This document shows positions 35,245-43,602 of a stretch of DNA of 64,000 nt, piece after piece; position 1 is the first letter of the stretch; the number at the start of each line of letters is the position of its first letter. The stretch spans positions 709 through 64,708 of the forward strand of contig DAOUEG010000048.1 in the NCBI GenBank assembly GCA_034430495.1, given 5' to 3'. Made by a program: the position numbers and the translations under genes. The notes below the pieces were generated by a model. The model was not told where the DNA came from and ran no database searches. It worked only from the letters and a program-made list of their open reading frames with translations. The DNA comes from Dehalococcoidales bacterium (GTDB lineage Bacteria > Chloroflexota > Dehalococcoidia > Dehalococcoidales > RBG-16-60-22).

Positions 35245-36228
35245 CTAGACGTACTTCATCTTGTGGCAGCGTACCTGCTGGGTGCCGATGGTCTGCAGCT
35301 CCGGCTCCACCTGGGAGCACTCCTCCATGGCCTCCGGGCAGCGGGTATGGAACCGGCAGCCGGGGGGCGGGTTGAGGGGCGAGGGCATCTCGCCGGTGAG
35401 GATAATCTCCTGGACGTCCGGCCCTTCCTCTTCCGGCAGCACGAGCATGGAGGCGGAGATGAGCGCCCGCGTATAGGGGTGGAGCGGCTTCTGGAACATC
35501 GTCTCCGTATCTCCGTACTCCACAATCTGCCCGAGGTACATGATGGCGGTCAAGTGACTCATGTAGCGGACGGTGGCCAGGTTGTGGGCGATGATGAGGT
35601 AGCTGAGGTGGTACTGCTCCTGGAGGTCCTTGAGGAGGTTCATGATCTGGGCGCGGATGGAGACATCGAGGGCGGAGACGGGCTCGTCGAGGACGACGAG
35701 GCTCGGGTTGAGGGCGAGCGCCCGGGCGACGGCGATGCGCTGGCGCTGGCCGCCGCTGAACTCGTGGGGGTAGTGGTCCATGTGGCGGGGCTCCAGCCCG
35801 ACGGCCCCGAGCAGCTCCATGGCGCGCTCCCGGACCTCTTCCTTGGTTTTTTTGGTGTTGACCACGAGCGGTTCCCCGATGATGTCCCGGACGCGCATGC
35901 GGGGGTTCATGGAGCTCCAGGGGTTCTGCTGCACGGCCTGGACGCGGGGCCGGTATTCGTTCTTGAGGCGGGCGGCGGACCACTTGGTGATGTCATCGCC
36001 CTCGAAGAGGATGGCCCCGGAGGTGGGACGTTCGAGGAGGAGGACCTGCTTGGCGATGGTCGTCTTGCCGGCGCCGGACTCCCCGACGAGGCTCAGCGTC
36101 TGGCCGGCCGGGATCGAGAACGAGATGCCGTCCACGGCCCGCACGTAGCCCGCGATGCGCTGGAGAAAGCCCTGGGTCACGGGGTAGTACTTGGTGATGT
36201 CCTGCGTTTCCAGTATGACGTCAGCCAT
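35245..36228 (-). CDS. Peptide/nickel-type ABC transporter ATP-binding protein (OppF/DppF-like)
   Basis: Walker A GESGAGKTT, signature FSGGQRQR, Walker B LVVLDEP, and a C-terminal oligopeptide-type extension with CRFHTRCP. Confidence 0.9.
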   Translation of the reverse strand: MADVILETQDITKYYPVTQGFLQRIAGYVRAVDGISFSIPAGQTLSLVGESGAGKTTIAKQVLLLERPTSGAILFEGDDITKWSAARLKNEYRPRVQAVQQNPWSSMNPRMRVRDIIGEPLVVNTKKTKEEVRERAMELLGAVGLEPRHMDHYPHEFSGGQRQRIAVARALALNPSLVVLDEPVSALDVSIRAQIMNLLKDLQEQYHLSYLIIAHNLATVRYMSHLTAIMYLGQIVEYGDTETMFQKPLHPYTRALISASMLVLPEEEGPDVQEIILTGEMPSPLNPPPGCRFHTRCPEAMEECSQVEPELQTIGTQQVRCHKMKYV

Positions 36229-36231
36229 GGT

Positions 36232-37209
36232 CTATTTCACTCTCCAACAGGCCACGGAATGGCCGGGCTCGATATCGATCAGCTGGGGCTGCTGCGTATC
36301 GCAGATGTCCATGTGGACGCTGCAGCGGGGGTAGAAGCGGCAGCCGACCGGCAGGTTGGCGAGAGAGGGGGGCTGGCCTTCGATCGAGTAGAGCCGGTCG
36401 TCCTTGCGGTCGAGCCGGGGAACGGAGTTGATGAGAGCGACGGAGTAGGGATGGAGCGGGTGTTTGAACAGCGCGCTCGTCTTGGCCGTCTCGACGATCT
36501 TGCCGGAGTACATGACCGCCACGCGGTCGCACATCTTGGCGATGACGCCGAAGTCATGAGTGATGAAGATGATGGCGACGTTGGTCTGCTTCTGGACGTC
36601 CTTGAAAAGGTGGATGTACTGGGCCTGAATGGTGGCATCGAGGGCGGTGGTGGGCTCGTCCGCGATGAGCACGCGGGGGTAGCACGACATGGCGATGGCA
36701 CCGACGACGCGCTGGCGCATGCCGCCGCTCATCTGGAAGGGGTAGTCCTTGAGGCGGCGTTCCGGGGCGGGAATCTTGAGCAGGCGGAGGGCGTTGATGA
36801 CCTCGTCCTGGACCTGCGTTTCCGTGAGCTCCTTGCGGAGGCGGATGGATTCCGCGATCTGGTCACCGACGGTGTAGACGGGATTGAGGGAGGTCATGGG
36901 GTCCTGGAGGATCATGGAGATGAGCCGACCGCGGACCTGGCGCATGGCTTTGGGGCTGAGCTTGAGAATATCAATGCCGTTGATGACGATGCGGCCGGAA
37001 ACGATCTTGCCGGGCGGGTCCGGCAGCAGGCGGAGGAGGGAGAGACCGGTGACCGTCTTGCCGCAGCCGGACTCGCCGACGATACCGAGCGTTTCGCCTT
37101 CATCGACGTAGAAGCTGATGCCGTCCACGGCCTTCTGCTCGCCGGCCTTGGTGAAGAACGAGATGCCCAGGTTTTCCACTTCCAGGAGGTGGGTACTGAC
37201 TTTGCTCAT
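36232..37209 (-). CDS. Peptide/nickel-type ABC transporter ATP-binding protein (OppD/DppD-like)
   Basis: GESGCGKTV, MSGGMRQR, LIADEPTTALD and CRFYPRC. Confidence 0.9.
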   Translation of the reverse strand: MSKVSTHLLEVENLGISFFTKAGEQKAVDGISFYVDEGETLGIVGESGCGKTVTGLSLLRLLPDPPGKIVSGRIVINGIDILKLSPKAMRQVRGRLISMILQDPMTSLNPVYTVGDQIAESIRLRKELTETQVQDEVINALRLLKIPAPERRLKDYPFQMSGGMRQRVVGAIAMSCYPRVLIADEPTTALDATIQAQYIHLFKDVQKQTNVAIIFITHDFGVIAKMCDRVAVMYSGKIVETAKTSALFKHPLHPYSVALINSVPRLDRKDDRLYSIEGQPPSLANLPVGCRFYPRCSVHMDICDTQQPQLIDIEPGHSVACWRVK

Positions 37210-38081
37210 AGCTGCCTCAATCTCGGATCGAGTTTGTCACGGAGCCAGTCACCGAAGAAGTTCCCGGAGAGCACAACCAGCCCGATGAGAATGCCCGGGA
37301 AGGTGGAAATCCACCAGGCCCGATCGATGTCGTTCCGGCCATCGGCAACCATGTTACCCCAGGAGGGCTCGGGAGGGGGCACGCCGACGCCGAGGTAGCT
37401 CAACGCCGCTTCGGCGAGGATCATGCTGCCGACCGCCAGCGTCATGATGATGATGAGGGGGTTGATGACGTTGGGGAAGATATGCCGGAGCATGATCCGG
37501 AAGGTGGAACAGCCGTTGATGCGGGCCTGGGCCACGAAATCGACCTCCCGCAGGCGCAGCGTTTCACCCCGTATCAGCCGGGCGTAGGGCGCCCAGCCGA
37601 GCATGGACAACGCGATGATCACGGTTGTTATTGACGGTCCCATGATGGCCGCCAGCAGCAAGGCGATAATCAACCCCGGGAAGGCCATGGCCACGTCGAC
37701 CACCCTCATGAGGAAGGCGTCCAGCCTCCCTCCCAGATAGCCGGCCAGAATGCCGAGCACCGTGCCGATGAAGGAGGTGATGAGAATGACGGCGAGCGAG
37801 ACGGTGAGGGAGATGCGGGCGCCGAAGATGGCCCGGCTGAGGATGTCACGGCCGAGGTTATCCGTGCCGAGGAGGTGTCCGGCCATGCCTGGGGCCAGGC
37901 GCCGGTGGATCAAATCGGTCTTGATGGGATCATACGGGGCCAGTAAGGGGGCAAAGATTGCGGTAAGCACGAGGGCGGTCAGGATGACCATCGGCAGCAC
38001 GAGGGTGAGCATGCGTACCACCCGGAAGCGGACGGTGAGCGCCGTGCCGACCTTGGCGGGGTTGCTTGTCGCTGTTACCAT
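37206..38081 (-). CDS. ABC transporter permease (OppC/DppC-like)
   Basis: Polytopic BPD-transporter fold with an EAALSYLGVG EAA-loop. 4-nt overlap with the ATPase gene. Confidence 0.85.
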   Translation of the reverse strand: MVTATSNPAKVGTALTVRFRVVRMLTLVLPMVILTALVLTAIFAPLLAPYDPIKTDLIHRRLAPGMAGHLLGTDNLGRDILSRAIFGARISLTVSLAVILITSFIGTVLGILAGYLGGRLDAFLMRVVDVAMAFPGLIIALLLAAIMGPSITTVIIALSMLGWAPYARLIRGETLRLREVDFVAQARINGCSTFRIMLRHIFPNVINPLIIIMTLAVGSMILAEAALSYLGVGVPPPEPSWGNMVADGRNDIDRAWWISTFPGILIGLVVLSGNFFGDWLRDKLDPRLRQL

Positions 38082-38090
38082 GTTCGACCT

Positions 38091-39017
38091 CTATGATTTC
38101 TGATATCTGATCTGCGGATCGATGTAGGCGTAGAGGACGTCCACAAGCAGGTTCACCAGGAGAACGACCGCCGCGACGAACAACACCAGGGACTGGACGA
38201 CCGGAAAGTCACGGGCGGTCACGGCATCGAGCATCAGCTTGCCCATGCCGGGCCAGTTGAAAATCTGTTCCGTGATGACGGCGCCGGTGATCATCATGGC
38301 TATCAGCATGCCGGCGATAGTGAGCGGGGCGATGAGGGCATTCCGCAGGGCATGTTTCCAGATGATGACCCGTTCCGGCAGGCCCTTGATGCGGGCGAGC
38401 TTGATATATTCACTATCCAGGATGTCAAGCATGCTGGAACGGATGAGCCGCATCATGCCGGGCAGCAGGAAAAAGGCCATCGTGCCGACGGGCAGGACGT
38501 AGCTGAGCGCGCCGTTATTCTGTCCGCCGGCCGGCAATATGGGCCAGTCGACGGAAAAGACGAGGATGGCCATGATAGCCAGCCAGAAGCCCGGCAGGGC
38601 TTGGCCGAGAATGGCCAAAAACTTGACCCCCTGGTCATATATGGTATCACGGCGGACCGCGGCCAATACCCCCAGGAGCAAGGCCAGCCCCATGCCTACT
38701 ATAAAGGCAAAGCCGCTCAGCTTGACGGTGTTGGGGAGGGCATCGCCGATCATGGCCACGACGGTGCGGTGTTTGATATAGGAGGTGCCAAGGTCCCCGG
38801 TGAGGAGGTTCTTCGAGTAGATACCGAACTGCACGATCAGCGAGCGGTCGAGGCCGAACTGGTGGCGCATCACGGTCAGCTGCTCCGGCGTTGTCGTCGG
38901 GGTGCGCAGCAGGTCGGAGGGATCACCGGTGAGCCTGACGACCACGAACACCAGGAACATGATGCCGAAGAGGGCAATCACCGTTTGTATGAGCCGCATT
39001 ACGATGAAACGTGTCAT
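38091..39017 (-). CDS. ABC transporter permease (OppB/DppB-like)
   Basis: The MTRFIVMRLIQTVIALFGIMFLVFVVVRL start is typical of OppB/DppB. It also has the SEYIKLARIKGL EAA-loop region. Confidence 0.85.
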   Translation of the reverse strand: MTRFIVMRLIQTVIALFGIMFLVFVVVRLTGDPSDLLRTPTTTPEQLTVMRHQFGLDRSLIVQFGIYSKNLLTGDLGTSYIKHRTVVAMIGDALPNTVKLSGFAFIVGMGLALLLGVLAAVRRDTIYDQGVKFLAILGQALPGFWLAIMAILVFSVDWPILPAGGQNNGALSYVLPVGTMAFFLLPGMMRLIRSSMLDILDSEYIKLARIKGLPERVIIWKHALRNALIAPLTIAGMLIAMMITGAVITEQIFNWPGMGKLMLDAVTARDFPVVQSLVLFVAAVVLLVNLLVDVLYAYIDPQIRYQKS

Positions 39018-39166
39018 CTGTCCTGTCCTATCGACGATTGGAGTAGGGTACCGAAACTTCTATTCTATAAGGTTTCCGGGGGCGGCGGCTGGTCAAGTCC
39101 CCCGGAGAGCTATATTTTTGTCTGAGCGGTACGGCTGACCATGCTGTTTGGTCTCTTCAAGTGTAC

Positions 39167-39195
39167 ACTATAAAGCACTGGCCTAGCCCTGTCAA
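39167..39195 (-). promoter_or_regulatory. Candidate promoter for the ABC permease/ATPase operon
   Basis: Minus strand: TTGACA (39195-39190), 17 nt, TATAGT (39172-39167), ~150 nt upstream of the permease ATG. Confidence 0.5.
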
Positions 39196-39487
39196 CTTTG
39201 GAACGTAAAAAACTCTGCGGGACGTTTGCAGGGGTGATATTGGAACGGTCAACACCGTACGGTTGGTCCGGTTATCGAAACAGCCAGCCCAAGAGAACCG
39301 TTCCGGCGGTGCGCCGGCCTGGAACACGTCCCGGGAAGAAACCGGGTACCGCAGGGCGAAAATGGAGCCGGCGAGGCCCCGGTGCGGCGGCGCACGAAGC
39401 TCCGGCGCGGTGAATTTGTAAAATCGCCACCGAAATCTGTACCGTCCGGAGTGAGCTACCTTATTTAGAGACGGCGGCGGGGGAGAT

Positions 39488-39517
39488 TTGAATTTCGGAG
39501 GGACCGGCGCGTACAAT
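39488..39517 (+). promoter_or_regulatory. Candidate promoter for the cupin gene pair
   Basis: TTGAAT, 18 nt, TACAAT, ~45 nt upstream of ATG 39561, which is preceded by a GGAGAG SD. Confidence 0.4.
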
Positions 39518-39560
39518 AGGGGCTAACCGGTCACTCCCTGAGAAAACGAAGGAGAGATAT

Positions 39561-40022
39561 ATGCAGGCAGGTAAATACGGCAAATACTTTCTGGAAGAGC
39601 CCTGGGGCGTCATTCACCCCGGTACCCCGGAGGACGCGCCGAAGTATATCGGGCTGGGGCAGGAGCACCGGGTCGAGCACTGGCAGGAACCGCTGACCCA
39701 GGTGCTGCGGCCCATCTACCGGCCCTACGTCATGATCCCGCAGGGCCACCGGCACGCCGTGCCCGAGGTCCTCTACTTCATCGGCGGGGACCCGATGAAC
39801 TTCGAGGAGTTCGGGGCGGAGGTGGAGTTCACCATCGGGGAAGGCGACGACGCCGAGGTCCACGTCATCACCAAGACGACCTGGGTCCAGGTGCCGGGCA
39901 ACGTCCCCCACTGCCCCCTCAACTTCAAGCGGGTGGACAAGCCCATCATGTTCGGGCACATCATGTTCGCCGACACGTTCGCTTCCACCGTCGTCGGCAA
40001 GAACCCCCTGGAACGGGACTAA
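39561..40022 (+). CDS. Cupin-like protein, unknown function (paralog A)
   Basis: PQGHRHAVPEVLYFIGG fits cupin motif 1 (HxH-x3-E-x5/6-G). VPGNVPHCPLN fits motif 2. Confidence 0.55.
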   Translation: MQAGKYGKYFLEEPWGVIHPGTPEDAPKYIGLGQEHRVEHWQEPLTQVLRPIYRPYVMIPQGHRHAVPEVLYFIGGDPMNFEEFGAEVEFTIGEGDDAEVHVITKTTWVQVPGNVPHCPLNFKRVDKPIMFGHIMFADTFASTVVGKNPLERD

Positions 40023-40125
40023 CCGGGCCAAGGCGCTTTCCCGCCAATAAATAGTAATCAACGGGCCGCTGCGTGGGATGTCATTTCCCGGACCGGCGGC
40101 CCGTTCATGTTCAGTGAGGACAACC

Positions 40126-40617
40126 ATGACTTCCAGGTACGAACAGTACGTCGTCAGGAAACCGGCCATCGTTACGGCGGACTACGAGGACGCGATGCCG
40201 GAGGGCGACGTCATCCCCAACGTGAGCGACGTGGATACCGGGCCGCGCGTCATCTTCTCCCACGCCCTCGTGCCGGCGTCCGATACGATGGTGGAGTACG
40301 GGATAATCTCCGGGGACACCGTCATCGGCGACCGGGACGCCAAGAACGTCACCGAGCCGCACCGGCACAACTACGAGGAGATTTTCCTGTTCCTCGGGAC
40401 GGATAAGAACAACACGGCGGACCTGGGCTGTGAGGTGGAGTTCTGGGTGGGCGAAGGCGACGACCTGGAGAAAATCATCTTCACCACCTCATCCAGCATC
40501 TACCTCCCGCCGAACGTCGTCCACTTCCCCCAGATATGGCGGAATGTGCGGCGGCCGGTGATGACGTTGGTCATCATGCCGGCGGCGCGGGAGCGGCGGC
40601 TGGAAACGGTGAGCTAA
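40126..40617 (+). CDS. Cupin-like protein, unknown function (paralog B)
   Basis: EPHRHNYEEIFLFLG and LPPNVVHFPQIW. It shares the block G(A/C)EVEF-x-(I/V)GEGDD-x-E with paralog A. Start is ATG 40126 with a GAGG SD. Confidence 0.55.
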   Translation: MTSRYEQYVVRKPAIVTADYEDAMPEGDVIPNVSDVDTGPRVIFSHALVPASDTMVEYGIISGDTVIGDRDAKNVTEPHRHNYEEIFLFLGTDKNNTADLGCEVEFWVGEGDDLEKIIFTTSSSIYLPPNVVHFPQIWRNVRRPVMTLVIMPAARERRLETVS

Positions 40618-40632
40618 CGCCGCGGCGCCTCT

Positions 40633-41232
40633 TCATTTCAGGCCCAGCTTTTCGTTGCGGGCCAGCAGGCTCACGGCTTCCTGCGAGCGCCGGACGCGCG
40701 TTTCGCTGCGCCTGGCGCTGGCTATCCAGGCGATGTACTGCTTCCGGTGGGAGGGCGCCAGCTTCTCGAAATTTTCGCGGGCGGCTGTGTCGGCGGCGAG
40801 GGCGGCTTCGAACTCCGGGGGCATCTCCCACGGCTGCCGACTTTCCGGCACCCTGTCCCAGCTGCCGTTTTGCTTCGCCTCGTCAATGATGCGCCGGCCG
40901 GCCTCCGTCATACGGCCTTCCTGGAGCAGCTTCTCGACGCGGCGCTTGTTGTCCGCCGACCAGACCGCCGTGGCGGTGCGGGGGGTGAATTTCCGGGCGT
41001 AGCGCTCGCCGTCGAGGTTCTTGATGAGGCTGTCAATCCACCCGAAGCAGAGGGCTTCCTCCACCGAGTCCTCGTAGGGGATGCTCGGTGTGCCGGTCGC
41101 CTTCTTGAAGAAGACGAGCCAGACTTCTCTGGCGGCGGCGTGGTGCTCCCTGAGCCACGAACGCCAGTCGTCCCGGTCTGTCACGTACAGCTGATTGTCA
41201 GACGGCACGCTAAACCTTCTGGCAGCCGTCAC
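40633..41232 (-). CDS. YdeI/OmpD-associated family protein (DUF1801-related)
   Basis: WRSWLREHHAAAREVWLVFFKK...SIPYEDSVEEALCFGWIDS...RKQYIAWI pattern. The longest ORF overlaps the upstream gene by 23 nt. Confidence 0.65.
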   Translation of the reverse strand: MTAARRFSVPSDNQLYVTDRDDWRSWLREHHAAAREVWLVFFKKATGTPSIPYEDSVEEALCFGWIDSLIKNLDGERYARKFTPRTATAVWSADNKRRVEKLLQEGRMTEAGRRIIDEAKQNGSWDRVPESRQPWEMPPEFEAALAADTAARENFEKLAPSHRKQYIAWIASARRSETRVRRSQEAVSLLARNEKLGLK

Positions 41233-42037
41233 AAAAATAGACGCTGCCTCCCATATAGGCCTGTTTGATAATGGTGCCCCCGCACACCGGGCAGGGTTTT
41301 TGGGCGGTCGCCTGGCTCAGCTTGGTGACGTACCCCCCTGGCCGGCCGAGCAGGTCCCGCGTGGTATCCCGGCCGCCCTGCTCCGCCATCTCTCTGAGCG
41401 TGGCTTTCACGGAGCGGAAAAGGGCGTCCTTCTCGCCGCCGGTAAGATTTTCGACCTTTTGCCTGGGGTGAATTCTGGCGTTGTAGAGGATATCCTGCGA
41501 GACCCCGTTTCCCAGCCCGGGGATGCGCTGCCCGGTGGCCAGCAAGGCCTTGAGGCTCAGCTTCTGGACCTCGGGGGCGGCGATGAGGCGGTCGAAGTAG
41601 TCCTGGTCGAACTCGTCCGATAGCGGCGACGGCTTGCCGACGGCGGCCTCGTAGTAGGGGTTACTGAAGTCGCCTTCCCTGAAGCACCACAGGCCGCCGT
41701 ACATCTGGACGGAGGCGCTGACGGCGGTACCGTCCTCGAACTCGATCAGGAGCTGGTGCCTGGCGGGGCGCCGCTCGTCCCTGGCATGAAACCTGAGCAC
41801 GACGCCGTCGGTAAACAGGAGCACGGCGTCACCGGCCCTGATTTCCACCATGCCGCCGCGGGCGACGGCCGGGCCGACCGTCTGGCCGCGCAGCAGGGCA
41901 TCATACCCTTTCGGGTCGCCGTGGTACCAGGCAAACTTGTGAGGGGAAAGACCGGCGATAACCCGGGCCACGGTCTTGCCGCCAACGGTCTGGTTGAGTT
42001 GCCTCGAGAGAAATTCCGCTTCCGGTAGTTCAATCAT
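41210..42037 (-). CDS. Fpg/Nei-family DNA glycosylase homolog with an atypical N-terminus (MIELPE)
   Basis: The N-terminus MIELPEAEFLSRQL compares with canonical MPELPEVE. An H2TH region (LLATGQRIPGLGNGVSQDILYNARIHP) and a C-terminal zinc finger (CPVCGG...CDGCQ) are present. Confidence 0.8.
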   Translation of the reverse strand: MIELPEAEFLSRQLNQTVGGKTVARVIAGLSPHKFAWYHGDPKGYDALLRGQTVGPAVARGGMVEIRAGDAVLLFTDGVVLRFHARDERRPARHQLLIEFEDGTAVSASVQMYGGLWCFREGDFSNPYYEAAVGKPSPLSDEFDQDYFDRLIAAPEVQKLSLKALLATGQRIPGLGNGVSQDILYNARIHPRQKVENLTGGEKDALFRSVKATLREMAEQGGRDTTRDLLGRPGGYVTKLSQATAQKPCPVCGGTIIKQAYMGGSVYFCDGCQKV

Positions 42038-42235
42038 CGGCCGCGTCCCACCAGTGAGGTAGAGTATCCTGCCTGATTATAGATGATGCCGATTGAAAGT
42101 CAAGATAAGGTTTATTGGAGAAGGAAGTGGAGCTGGGGGGATCCGCCGGTCAAATTGACAGATACCGGTGGAAAAGCTACACTCCCTTCAAAGCTGTGCT
42201 GCAAACAGCACGCGCCGGTAAGGGGGGACACTGTC

Positions 42236-42856
42236 ATGGATGTTTCGGACGCCATTCTGAAGAGGGCAAGTATCCGGAGAATCAAGCCGGACCCGGTGGA
42301 AAGGGCCAAGATCGAAAAGGTGCTGGAGGCAGGCCGGCGGGCGCCGTCATGGGGGAACACGCAGCCGTGGCGCTTCATCGTCGTTCAGGACAAGGCGAGG
42401 AGAGAAGAGATAGCCGCGGCCGGGGGCATGCCTCAGATCAGCGGCGCGCCGGTGATTATCGTCTGCTGTGCCACCATTGACGACTTCACCAAGAAGGGGC
42501 ACGGCGCGGCGCTGGAGAGCCTCATTCCCGCGGGAGCGATGACGGAGGAGCTTAAAAATTTCGTCCTGCAGAGCGACCAGTTCGCGCCGTACCTGAAGGG
42601 AGAGGCGGTGATGACCGTCCGGGCCGGCGAGCAGCTTATGATAGCCGTCGCCTACATGACGCTGGAAGCGGTCAACCAGGGCCTCGGTACCTGCTGGGTG
42701 GGGGCGATAACCCCGGCCGGCGTCCACAAGGCCATGAACCTGCCGGATACTATCTTCGTCCACTCCTTGCTGCCCCTGGGGTATCCCGACGAGGACCCCA
42801 AGCCCCGGCCGAGAAAAGCCATGGACAAAATCGTTTTCTGGGAGAACTACGGGTAA
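42236..42856 (+). CDS. Nitroreductase-family protein
   Basis: ILKRASIRRIKPDPVERAKIEKVLEAGRRAPSWGNTQPWRFIVV. Start is ATG 42236. Confidence 0.8.
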   Translation: MDVSDAILKRASIRRIKPDPVERAKIEKVLEAGRRAPSWGNTQPWRFIVVQDKARREEIAAAGGMPQISGAPVIIVCCATIDDFTKKGHGAALESLIPAGAMTEELKNFVLQSDQFAPYLKGEAVMTVRAGEQLMIAVAYMTLEAVNQGLGTCWVGAITPAGVHKAMNLPDTIFVHSLLPLGYPDEDPKPRPRKAMDKIVFWENYG

Positions 42857-42884
42857 AAGCGTCTGTTTCCAAGGGTGGTGAACA

Positions 42885-42969
42885 TGGAGCCGGGGGTATT
42901 CGAACCCCCTGCCTCCGGGGTGGACCCATCACCCGATCCCACTTCTGGGTCACCATATACCGTGGCTCC
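42885..42969 (-). pseudogene. Degenerate tRNA-like element (tRNA-Ala-derived 3' half, aberrant core, no CCA)
   Basis: Its 3' 32 nt, GGAGGCAGGGGGTTCGAATACCCCCGGCTCCA, match 30/32 with the variable-loop, T-arm and acceptor strand of tRNA-Ala (43419-43494). Its 5' end GGAGCC can pair with the 3' strand. No canonical D or anticodon arm could be folded by hand, and the conserved G53:C61 pair is broken. Confidence 0.5.
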
Positions 42970-42990
42970 CCTGCGACGTCGTGAAGACCT

Positions 42991-43368
42991 CTAGAAATGA
43001 GGGTCTTCCAGGTCCTCGAAATCCTGTGCGTCTATTTCCCAAAGGTACTCATTCAAATCGACTTCATAGCCGTCCGAGACCTTGACACCTTCTTGTTCCA
43101 GGAGCCATTTTTGGTGTTCTTTGCCATCAACGGACGGCAACGAAAGCGTCCCCTTTGAATTTATGACGCGGTGCCACGGCAAGTCATACTTTTCAGACAT
43201 GGAATGCAGGGTCCGCGAAACCTGTCTTGCAGCTCTCGGGGCCCCCGCCCACCGGGCGATCAGCCCATAGGTAAGAACTTTACCCTTGGGGATATTTTTG
43301 ATTATCCGGAGGGTATCTCTCGTGAAATTGGTGATGTCGTCGTCCATTGGTTCGGCCTGGCTCGGCAC
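42991..43368 (-). CDS. Alkyltransferase-like protein (ATL; MGMT-family DNA-binding domain lacking the acceptor Cys)
   Basis: VLTYGLIARWAGAPRAARQVSRTL...DLPWHRVINSKG: the active-site PCHRV is replaced by PWHRV, as in ATL proteins (E. coli YbaZ, S. pombe Atl1; recalled). Confidence 0.8.
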   Translation of the reverse strand: MPSQAEPMDDDITNFTRDTLRIIKNIPKGKVLTYGLIARWAGAPRAARQVSRTLHSMSEKYDLPWHRVINSKGTLSLPSVDGKEHQKWLLEQEGVKVSDGYEVDLNEYLWEIDAQDFEDLEDPHF

Positions 43369-43418
43369 CAGTGGTTTATCTCCAAAAGTGGTTCCAGCCT
43401 TTACGACTTTTCAGGTGG

Positions 43419-43494
43419 TGGTGGAGCCGGGGGGATTCGAACCCCCTACCTCCTGCTTGCAAAGCAGGCGTTCTCCCGAGTGAACTACGGCCCC
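43419..43494 (-). tRNA. tRNA-Ala (anticodon UGC), CCA encoded
   Basis: GGGGCCG-TA-GTTC-ACTCGGGA-GAAC-G-CCTGC-TTTGCAA-GCAGG-AGGTA-GGGGG-TTCGAAT-CCCCC-CGGCTCC-A-CCA. This is a full cloverleaf with the G3:U70 alanine identity pair and a TGC anticodon. Confidence 0.95.
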
Positions 43495-43602
43495 GCGCTG
43501 TCAGGATTATAGCATACCGGCCCGGCGCCGGGCACGCTGCCGCCGATTGTCAGCTACCGGCATTGTTGCTATACTGGAACTGTTGTTTTTCAGGGCCGAC
43601 CG

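Noticed and set aside
39200-39480. Possible cobalamin or TPP riboswitch in front of the ABC operon.
   Set aside because: There is no B12-box (GCCACTG-like) or conserved cobalamin core, and no TPP CTGAGA...ACCTGATCTGGATAATGCCAGCG-type motifs in the proper context on either strand. Only generic GC-rich hairpins are present. A covariance-model search is still needed.
39157-39516. 119-aa ORF in the large intergenic region upstream of the ABC permease.
   Set aside because: The sequence is junk-like (Pro/Arg/Phe-rich) with no SD and no family resemblance. It overlaps the promoter candidates.
42885-42969. The tRNA-like element as a functional class II tRNA (Ser/Leu/Sec) or a tmRNA fragment.
   Set aside because: It has no UCA or other sensible anticodon in a 7-nt loop. 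The only 5-bp stem in the right place closes an 8-nt loop lacking U33. No proper D arm forms, the G53:C61 pair is broken, and there is an A7-C66 mismatch. It is too short for tmRNA and lacks G3:U70.
43580-43596. A third copy of the GTTTTTCAGGGC motif just upstream of gatB, matching the repeats at 29472-29501.
   Set aside because: An 8-9-nt match occurring once more in 64 kb is compatible with chance. There is no obvious functional link between gatB and the redox cluster. The pair at 29472-29501 is kept as a finding only because of its tandem arrangement over a promoter.
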